Virus record (IMG/VR): IMGVR_UViG_3300021964_000016
Strand: one strand, 5' to 3'
Length of the DNA: 64,000 nt
DNA from: a virus
Positions 46,887 through 55,400 of this stretch are shown here, one piece after another. Every line of letters begins with the position of its first letter. Position 1 is the first letter of the stretch. The notes under the pieces are model-generated. The model made no database searches, was not told where the DNA came from, and was given only the letters and a program-made list of their open reading frames with translations. Made by a program: the position numbers and the translations under genes.

Positions 46887-49322
46887 TTAAGTTTCAGACA
46901 CCCTACAATATAGAGTGTATGTTTCTATCGTCTCAGTTGCAGCAACAAGGGTCTGTCCTGCAAACTGAGAAGAATAAGTATCTGAATAGTTTCTAGAACC
47001 AGAATATCCGATTGCCGAGATAAAAGTCCTTTGTCCAGTATATTGAGCAGAATAGTTACGGGAACCATCATATTGCCCAACTACTGATGCATAGTTTCTA
47101 GAACCACCGTATTGATCAACCACAGATGCATAGGTTCTAGAACCACTATAGGCACCAGAATACGTTCTTGAACCAGAATAAGCAGAAGAATAGTTTCTAG
47201 AACCAGCAAAATCTTGTGCAACTACTCTGGTTCCAGCATATTGGGCAGAATAGTTTCTAGAACCAGCAAAATCTTGTGCAACTACTCTGGTTCCAGCATA
47301 TTGGGCAGAGTAGTTTCTAGTTCCATCATACTGCCCTGTTACAGAAGCATAGTTTCTAGAACCAGAATAAGCAGCAGCATAGTTTCTAGAACCACCATAT
47401 TGACCAACTACTGATGCATAATTTCTAGAACCGTCAAAGTTCGCTGGGTTATTTCCAGTAAAGTTTCCTGGAGTCACCACAACCAGAGGACCCAAACGTT
47501 CGCCTGCGTAGGTACCAGCATAGTTGCGAGAACCAGCAAAATTATTAGGTCTGACGCCCTGAAAGGATCTTCCGCCCAAGAAATTTTCTACTCTAACCAC
47601 CGTTGCGTCGAAAGTGCCTGGTTCTGCGGGTCCCGCTACTGGCACGACTCTCGTACCAGCGAAGTTCGCAGGACCAGAAAAGTTTGCTGGGCCAACTCCG
47701 TCGTATTTTCTTACACCAGAAAAGTTATCTACGCTGACAGATGGGTTCTTGCCACCACTATCAAATGTCACTGAAAAGTTTGCGTTATATCCTCTGGTAA
47801 AAGATCTAGATCCAAGATAATTTGTAACACCAGCGAAATTTTGCGGAACTACTCTTGTTCCCGCGAAGTTCCTAACACCCGCATAGCTTCCTGTATAAGA
47901 AACGCTGTATTGGACGTTTGGTGATATAAAATTTTGTACAATTGTGCCTGCAAAGTTGGCAGTATAATTTCTGCTTCCGCCAAAGTTATTTGCATAATAG
48001 GTAAGTACGACATTTTCTCTTGTCCCAGCATACACCGCAGGACGGGTACCAGCATATGAAGCAGCATAGTTACGGGAACCACCGTAAACTCCAGCATAGT
48101 TTCTGGAACCACCATATTGTCCAACTACTGATGCATAGTTTCTTGAACCAGAATAAGCAGCAGGTCCGTAATTACGAGAACCAGCAAAATCTTGTGCAAC
48201 TGTTCTGTCTCCAGCATATTGAGCAGAATAGTTTCTAGAACCAGCGAAATCTTGTGCAACTGTTCTGTCTCCAGCATATTGAGCAGAATAGTTACGAGAA
48301 CCATCATATTGTCCAACTACTGATGCATAGTTTCTGGAACCGCCATATTGTCCAACTACTGACGAATAGGTTCTTGAACCAGAATAAGCACCAGAATAGG
48401 TTCTGGAACCAGAATAAGCAGAAGAGTAGTTTCTAGAACCAGCAAAATCTTGTTCAACTACTCTGCTTCCAGCATATGAAGCAGCATAGTTTCTTGAACC
48501 AGCGAAGTCCCCAGTATACTGTTGTTCTGATAAAGTGTTTCTTGTATCAAGTGCTGTACCGCGAGCGACCCAAGTACCAGTCTCTCCATTACCAGTAGGA
48601 GTTTGAGAGGAAGGTAGTAATAAATAATCGCCAACACCAGAATGTTTTCTGGCATACAAAACAGATTGCCTTAGAGAAATCTTTTGATCCGAGTCAGTAA
48701 ACTCTTGAACTGCCATCGGAGAAGTAGATTTAATTTCTATAATATTATATGTTGGTGAAGAAGGTTCAACCGCTGTTTCCCTTCTCCAAATACTATAGGT
48801 ATTTGCTGTTCCGTTTGTTAATGTATCAGAAAATACATCAGAGTCCCATTTTTTCCAGTCTCCACTAGGCGCAGAAGTTGCAACTCTGAAAGAAAGTCCT
48901 GGATATTCGTTAGAGTGTAGTTCCTCTGCTACTCTGGTTGACCATCGTAGGAAAGCAACATTGCTCATTTGGTGTAAGTTACCAGAACTGTCTGCTGCTA
49001 TTGGAAGGTCGTTATAAGGAATGGCAGCAGAGTCATCTAACTGATATATTGTAGTTGTGGTAGAACCAGTAGACAAAGCACTAGCAGGATGAGTCCCTAT
49101 TGCTTCGTTATAAAATGTATCAGTGAAACTACCAATGCTGGTAGAGGAAGTTGCATTAGCAGCAACAGAACCATTATATCGACTTGACTTATTGGCGAAA
49201 GATTCAACTACCTTTATACCTGCCTGATACCCAAACCATTCTTCAGAAGCAACAGAAATCCCCTGAAAGTCTCCAGAGTCGTTTTTCAGAGCCAATGGTA
49301 TGGATTTGAAAAAGGCAGACAT
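46887..49322 (-). CDS. YSGSRNY-repeat fibre-like protein, paralog A (811 aa)
   Basis: N-terminal domain shared with paralog B (TDTFYNEAxGTHP, TGTWVARGxALDTRNT), 10/13-aa [YF]xGSRNY repeats, C-terminal TYTLYCRVSET. Confidence 0.75.
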   Translation of the reverse strand: MSAFFKSIPLALKNDSGDFQGISVASEEWFGYQAGIKVVESFANKSSRYNGSVAANATSSTSIGSFTDTFYNEAIGTHPASALSTGSTTTTIYQLDDSAAIPYNDLPIAADSSGNLHQMSNVAFLRWSTRVAEELHSNEYPGLSFRVATSAPSGDWKKWDSDVFSDTLTNGTANTYSIWRRETAVEPSSPTYNIIEIKSTSPMAVQEFTDSDQKISLRQSVLYARKHSGVGDYLLLPSSQTPTGNGETGTWVARGTALDTRNTLSEQQYTGDFAGSRNYAASYAGSRVVEQDFAGSRNYSSAYSGSRTYSGAYSGSRTYSSVVGQYGGSRNYASVVGQYDGSRNYSAQYAGDRTVAQDFAGSRNYSAQYAGDRTVAQDFAGSRNYGPAAYSGSRNYASVVGQYGGSRNYAGVYGGSRNYAASYAGTRPAVYAGTRENVVLTYYANNFGGSRNYTANFAGTIVQNFISPNVQYSVSYTGSYAGVRNFAGTRVVPQNFAGVTNYLGSRSFTRGYNANFSVTFDSGGKNPSVSVDNFSGVRKYDGVGPANFSGPANFAGTRVVPVAGPAEPGTFDATVVRVENFLGGRSFQGVRPNNFAGSRNYAGTYAGERLGPLVVVTPGNFTGNNPANFDGSRNYASVVGQYGGSRNYAAAYSGSRNYASVTGQYDGTRNYSAQYAGTRVVAQDFAGSRNYSAQYAGTRVVAQDFAGSRNYSSAYSGSRTYSGAYSGSRTYASVVDQYGGSRNYASVVGQYDGSRNYSAQYTGQRTFISAIGYSGSRNYSDTYSSQFAGQTLVAATETIETYTLYCRVSET

Positions 49323-49324
49323 GA

Positions 49325-51568
49325 TTAAGTTTCAGAAACTCGGCAATATAGTGTATATGTATGTATAGTTTCTGCGGTAGAGGTTAAAGTTTCGCCCGCA
49401 AATTGACTAGAAAAAGAACCTGTATATTGCCCTGTGAATTGAGTGTTATATACTCCAGAATATTGTCCTGTAAAGTTTTTTATCCTTACGCCAGCAAAGT
49501 TTCCAGGCAGAGGTCCCAAGAATTCTCCTTCATAATTTCTGACCCCAGCATAAGAACCAGAATAGGTTCTGGAACCAGAATAAGCAGCAGAATAGTTTCT
49601 AGAACCAGAGAATTGTTGTACAGCAGGTCTTTGTCCGGAAAAGGTTTGGTCTTTTTGTCTTGAACCAGCATAATTCGCAGAATAGTTTCTTGCTCCACCG
49701 TATTGTCCAACTACTGATGCATAATTTCTAGAACCGCCATATTGCGCAGAATAAGTTCTTGAACCAGAATAATCAGCAGAAAAGTTTCTAGAACCAGCGA
49801 AAGTTCCAGGAATCGTGACCAGTTCCTGTCGAGAACCTGCAAACTGGAATGGCCCGCCAGTGAACTGTGCAGATCTTGTTCCTGTGTACTGTAATACTCG
49901 GACTCCAGCAAACTGTTGGGGGTAGGCAGGGTTTGTTCTTTGTCCTGAAAATACACCAGGAACTGGTTCTAGATCAAAAACATCAACCGTTCTTTGCCCT
50001 GCGTATTGTTTGGGAGCAACACCATCATATTTAACAATGGACGAGCTGTAGTTTACAACTCTTTCTGGTTCAACTGGTGGTCCAACTACATCAACACCAA
50101 CAAAGTAATCTGTATATCCTCTGGTAAAAGAATCTTCACCAGTAAAGTTCGTAGGTCCTACAGTCCTTGTCCCAGCAAAGGGGAATTGACGACTTCCTGC
50201 GAATTGTCCTGTGAACTGTATAGATCTAGTTCCTTCAAACTGAGCAGAAATAAATTGAGTATTGGTGACCTCCCTAGTTCCTGTAAACTGTCGATCACCA
50301 TTAAAGTTTCCTGGATTGGCCACCCAAGTCTGTCTACCACCAGTATATTGGAAGGTGTAATTTCTGGAACCGCCATACTGTCCAACTACTGATGCATAGT
50401 TTCTGGAACCGCCATATTGCGCAGCATAGTTTCTTGAACCACTGTAAGCACCAGAATAGTTTCTGGAACCAGAATATCCGATTGCCGAGATAAAAGTCCT
50501 TTGTCCAATAAATTGCGCAGGAATTTGCCTAACCCCTTCGTATTGAGAAGCATAGTTCCTTGATCCATCGTATTGTCCAACTACGGATGCGTAGTTTCTG
50601 GAACCGCCAAAAGAACTACTATAACCCCTCACTCCTGTGAAATTTACTGTCCTAACCCCAGAATAATCCGCAGAGAACGGGGCAACAGAAAATCCTGTAT
50701 ACTGCCCAGTAAAATTACCAGTATACTGCCCTGTGAATTGAGTTGTAAATGTGCCCAAATACTGTAGAATTTGTGTGGTGTTTCTAGTATCCAACGCAAC
50801 ACCACGAGCAACCCAAGTACCAGTGTATCCTTGATCTGCTGGAGTTCCGTCAGAATCAGAAAGTAAAAGGTAATCGCCAAGACCAGAATTTTGCTCAGCA
50901 TGACGCATAGCAAAATATGCAGAACGAATAGCATTGGTGTCAGACATTTCCTTAATGTGGTGTTGGTCAGAATCCTTTAACTGTAATGTATAAAAGGTTG
51001 GAGGAGAGAACGGACCAGTAGTAGATCTTTTTCTGTATAGATTATACGCTGTCGAACCGTTAGTTAAAGTGTCTTCAAACACCGAGGACTTATAAGTTTC
51101 ATAAGTTCCACCAGGACTACTCCCACTCAACCTAAAGCAACCTCCATCTTCGTTAGACAGAGCATTACTCAGTAGTCTCTTCCCCCAGCGTAAAAACGAG
51201 TCCGAATCCATCTCATAAATGTCGCCGCTAGAGTCAGCAGCAACTGTTCGATGCCATTCAGCAAAAGCATCTACAGAATCACCTTTATTTTGATAAAGAG
51301 TAGTTGTGGTAGAACCTGTAGAGAGAGAACTTCCAGGGTGAGTGCCAACTGCTTCGTTATAAAACGTATCAGTATAAGTGCCTATGGAGGAATTAGTTGC
51401 ATCTGTAGAAAGGGCACCATAATATGCAGAATCTCCAACCGGAAATTCTGTTGGTATTAATAGAGAACCTTGTTGCCCATAATAACTTTCTTGCGAAGAA
51501 GGGATGGCATTCATGGCACCACCGCCTAATGAAGAAAGTGTTAGCGGTATAGATTTTACTAACGACAT
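49325..51568 (-). CDS. YSGSRNY-repeat fibre-like protein, paralog B (747 aa)
   Basis: Same architecture as paralog A and an identical C-terminus TYTLYCRVSET. Confidence 0.75.
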   Translation of the reverse strand: MSLVKSIPLTLSSLGGGAMNAIPSSQESYYGQQGSLLIPTEFPVGDSAYYGALSTDATNSSIGTYTDTFYNEAVGTHPGSSLSTGSTTTTLYQNKGDSVDAFAEWHRTVAADSSGDIYEMDSDSFLRWGKRLLSNALSNEDGGCFRLSGSSPGGTYETYKSSVFEDTLTNGSTAYNLYRKRSTTGPFSPPTFYTLQLKDSDQHHIKEMSDTNAIRSAYFAMRHAEQNSGLGDYLLLSDSDGTPADQGYTGTWVARGVALDTRNTTQILQYLGTFTTQFTGQYTGNFTGQYTGFSVAPFSADYSGVRTVNFTGVRGYSSSFGGSRNYASVVGQYDGSRNYASQYEGVRQIPAQFIGQRTFISAIGYSGSRNYSGAYSGSRNYAAQYGGSRNYASVVGQYGGSRNYTFQYTGGRQTWVANPGNFNGDRQFTGTREVTNTQFISAQFEGTRSIQFTGQFAGSRQFPFAGTRTVGPTNFTGEDSFTRGYTDYFVGVDVVGPPVEPERVVNYSSSIVKYDGVAPKQYAGQRTVDVFDLEPVPGVFSGQRTNPAYPQQFAGVRVLQYTGTRSAQFTGGPFQFAGSRQELVTIPGTFAGSRNFSADYSGSRTYSAQYGGSRNYASVVGQYGGARNYSANYAGSRQKDQTFSGQRPAVQQFSGSRNYSAAYSGSRTYSGSYAGVRNYEGEFLGPLPGNFAGVRIKNFTGQYSGVYNTQFTGQYTGSFSSQFAGETLTSTAETIHTYTLYCRVSET

Positions 51569-51581
51569 TATGAAACCTTAA

Positions 51582-52256
51582 TTATGGGTTTAGCAACACA
51601 GAACTTCTATTGTATACGTTTGGTATCCTAGCATTTACCTCGTCAATAGCACCATGAACAGTATTGGCAGAAATCTCGCTGGCGGTTATGCTTCCTGTGC
51701 CACTAGATGGAAGGGTGATGCTACCACCGACTGTCACATTACCACTATCAAATGTCATCGCAGTAACAATGCCCGATTTAATTAAAACGTTGCCTGAGTT
51801 GTTAGTCAGAGAACCCCATTCCACAGCGTTGTCTTTAAGGACAATACTGCCTCCATTAGCATCAAGATTTACATTACCTTCAGCATTCAGTATAATTTCA
51901 TTAGCAATGACCTCAAAGTCATCTGAACCTGCAGTAATATTTTTTGCAGATGCATCGAATACTGCTTCAATCTCGTTGATTGCGCCAACAACCGTCTTTG
52001 CTTGTGTGGTTAGATCAGCACCAGAACCACCACCAGATCCGTGTAAGTCTGAATCGAGTTCGTTTAATGCATCTACCAGAGTTCCAGCAGTAAAATCGTC
52101 AAGACCACGAAGAGTTTTATTGCCTCCTGGACCTATTGCTGAATCGAGATAACTTAGATCTGAATCGACATTATCGCCATAGTAATTCAGGTCTTGAATT
52201 AACTGCTGGAAAGTGTCAGTAGTTTGAAAAAGTGGGTGTGCGCTATCAAATGCCAT
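51582..52256 (-). CDS. Short fibre/whisker-like structural protein
   Basis: TLVDALNEL, TVVGAINEI and TVHGAIDEV repeats. C-terminal PNVYNRSSVLLN resembles the end of ORF 31225-32034. Confidence 0.65.
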   Translation of the reverse strand: MAFDSAHPLFQTTDTFQQLIQDLNYYGDNVDSDLSYLDSAIGPGGNKTLRGLDDFTAGTLVDALNELDSDLHGSGGGSGADLTTQAKTVVGAINEIEAVFDASAKNITAGSDDFEVIANEIILNAEGNVNLDANGGSIVLKDNAVEWGSLTNNSGNVLIKSGIVTAMTFDSGNVTVGGSITLPSSGTGSITASEISANTVHGAIDEVNARIPNVYNRSSVLLNP

Positions 52257-52488
52257 TTTGCTTTCCTACCAATCCTTTTATAAGATCTTTGAGTTCTGAG
52301 ATCTCGTCTTTAAGAGAAGCGAATTCGCTTTCTAGTTTCAATTTATTTTCTTTTTGTTCGATTGAAATCGCCTTGCGCCGTCGCGCAAGACGGATCTCCT
52401 CTTCATTGGTATTTATAACAGTTCCAGTAGCAAGGTTCTTGTATAAACTACTAGAACCTTCTACCTTTTTAAAATGCGCTTCAGACAT
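52246..52488 (-). CDS. Small coiled-coil protein
   Basis: KVEG...TGTVINTN...LKDEISELKDLI. A conserved small gene after the VrlC-like gene in marine T4-like phages. Confidence 0.75.
   Translation of the reverse strand: MSEAHFKKVEGSSSLYKNLATGTVINTNEEEIRLARRRKAISIEQKENKLKLESEFASLKDEISELKDLIKGLVGKQNGI
52410..52417 (-). promoter_or_regulatory. Possible intragenic late promoter TATAAATA
   Basis: Exact consensus ~150 nt upstream of ORF 51582-52256. Confidence 0.5.
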
Positions 52489-55400
52489 TATATCAGAGCA
52501 ATAGCGCGAATGTTACCTAACACTGGTGCTTGACAAGTATTTGTCGATTTAAGCACAACCTTCAGTTGGAAAGAGGTGAAATCGGGAAGAGTACCTGTTT
52601 CCCCTCCGATAAGATATCGATATTCCGTAAAGGTAATATTTTCGTCATTATTCACCCAAGGTGAAGGCGCAGGATCGTTTTGAGCAGTTGCTAAAATCCA
52701 AGAATTCTCGTACATATTCTCGTCCGCTTCAGCACTTGTCCTATAGTATAGATCAAAACTTGATTGTGGAGGTCTATACATGTCCAAAAGAACTTTAATT
52801 CCGTTTGCTGCTTGTCCTAACTGCACGATCTTAGTTATGTGCTTGGAAGGAGTTGTTCCCAGCGTTGGGTGAGACTCACGGATATAACCTTCAGGACGAT
52901 TCTCAGCTACTCCTGCTGCGTCTGAATCGATCGGTTGATTGTCAATAACGTTATTCATAACGACCATACCGATACTTTGCGTATCAATTATAGGCGAAAC
53001 GTCAGAAACATACCCAGAACTCACACCTCCTCGGAAAAGGTCTCCACCAAAAGTCGACTTTTGATTAGTGGTCAACGTTGCGCTAACCACAATAGAAGGT
53101 GCTGAAAGAACAGAATCTTCTTGATTTTGATTGGCAACATATTTTGGTGTTTTAAAGAAATATGGCAAAGTATTTGGCATAGTTGTATTGGTATTGTCTA
53201 TATTAAACCGTACATCAACACCTTGTGTTTGCGAGATTTTAGAATGAGAAGTTCCGCTAACAAAACTTGCGTTGTACACAATACCAGTGTTTTCAAATTC
53301 GTGATCTTGGAAATTCAACAATGCGCGGTCAATGAAAAATCCTCTATTACTTGCAACAGAATCGCTTCCAAAAGTTCCCACTGAGGTGAAGGCACTATCG
53401 AGAGAAATATAATATCCTGCTATATCTGGATTTATGACTTTGTTCGCGGAATCCATTATACTAGAACCAAACACACCGTTATACTTGGCCGCAGAATCCA
53501 GTCCTGTTATTGCTGCTAGGTCTCCCCAGCCAAGTCCATGCCCAAGGTGGTCTACTCGCAATCTGTTAAGATTATCTGAGTCTACACGCAAACTCGAAGC
53601 ATAGTTATGGATATGCCTTTCGAGCGGTTCATTATAAAAGTTTGCTCCACCTGTTTCTTTAAACTTCGCGGTGTAAATCCGATATGGCATGTCTTGATTT
53701 TGTTTTGGCGTCCAAGTAGAACCATTCTGAGAAAGGAATAATGAACCTTTCGATGGTTGTTTTGAAACCCTTTTAGAAGTAGAACCCAACACAAGATCAT
53801 AGGTTGTCGCAACATATGCTTCGTACTTATCGCACTCTGCTAAAAGAACAAAGGCATATTCTTCTCCTGAGCGCAAAAATACTGGTTCTTCAAACTCAAA
53901 GGTTACTGGATGAGCAAGAACAGAAGCCAAAGTTTCAGTCTGTCCTGATATAGCAGTCCTAACAGCAGCAGCAGTTTTATACACTCTGTGTTGTTCGCTG
54001 ATCACGTCTCTATCAGGAACACCACTACTTACTGTCCTTAGTTGCAATTGTAGTGGAACCTGAGTATCTGATACGCTAGGTGCGCTTCGAATAAACGTGT
54101 CAATTTTGGTTACAAAAACTCCAGGAACACCAGCACCACCGTCGACGGTGAATGTTTGTGCAAGGGGATCCCTTGGTCTCCAATCTTCGCTAACTCCAAT
54201 AAGTTCTTCACTCTCAGTAACATACTCATCTTGAACAGTAACCACCCGAGTATGCGCAAAGGTTCTTTCTCTTAATGAAATTCTTCCCCATGCGCTATAA
54301 GAAGTTGATGCACGGGACAACGCCCCATCAGGGTTATACGTTGATATGTCTAAAAGTTTAACCTGATGCGTTCCACAACGGAACTTCCAACCCATTTCAT
54401 TCAACGCATTAACAGATTTTACCGAACCATATTGTTTTGCATACTTGCGAGAATTTGCAATCCACTGATTCCATTCTTGCTGAGTGTTGAATTGCGTAGA
54501 AAGGGGAATAGGAATCACAGAATTATTAGGAATCCAGAGTTCAAAGAACAATTCTCCGTCGTTATCAGATATCAAAGTTCTTTCAGCATCGCTACCGAAT
54601 GGGTGACTTTTCAAACTTACGTTTGTTTGCGCAACTCCTCTTCTGTGATCGCCAGCAGAAATAGAAGAGTTATACTCAGTTTCTGTTCTACTTCGAACCC
54701 ACTGATTCATTTGTATTCCATTCATGTAACACCAGTAACGAGTGTTCGGGCGCATTCCTTGTGCCTTAGCAAAAATTCTTCTCTGCCTCATGAAAGGTAC
54801 TGAAAGAATAGCAACAGTTCTGTCACCAAGATCGCGAGTGAACGTTTGATCGCTGACAACCTTAGTTCTGACGCTCTGCGTGACTCGATATGTCTCTGTT
54901 CTAGTTCCACCTTGTAAGTCTACCAAATCAAACCAGTTGTCTTCAGTTTGTTGGTTATCACGACCAAGGGCAGTATTGCTAGAACCAAGGAGCGCACCAA
55001 AAAGTCCAGCAGGTCCAGTAGGTTCTGTTCTAGGGCGAGGAACCCAGCGAATAATAACAGAAGTTCTGGAATAAGTAAAAGTTCTTGGTACTAAAGGTTC
55101 ACCAATTCGACGGATTATAGTACCGCCATTAATATGCTTGTCTGGCAACCTTCGAGTATCGAACCAAATATCTCTTGATGGGTTCAAACGAAGAATACCT
55201 TCTCCCATGAAGACGTTAAATGGGTTTACATTATAATATCCAAATTCTTCATAGTTTCCAGTAGATTTCCAAGAAATCATCTCATTTTTCATACTCGTGT
55301 CTAAAACGTCTATGTAGTCTAACATAAGGTTTTCACCTTTCTTGATTATGTTAGATTTTGTTACACCACGAGAAGAATATAGATTGGCAGAGTCATAATT

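Noticed and set aside
40043-51568. Regularly spaced DNA repeats resembling a CRISPR array
   Set aside because: Periods are multiples of 3, variation falls mostly at synonymous positions, they sit within open frames, and there are no unique spacers or cas genes.
46887-51568. Diversity-generating retroelement acting on the paralogous fibres
   Set aside because: No reverse transcriptase in the window, and differences between repeats are not adenine-specific.
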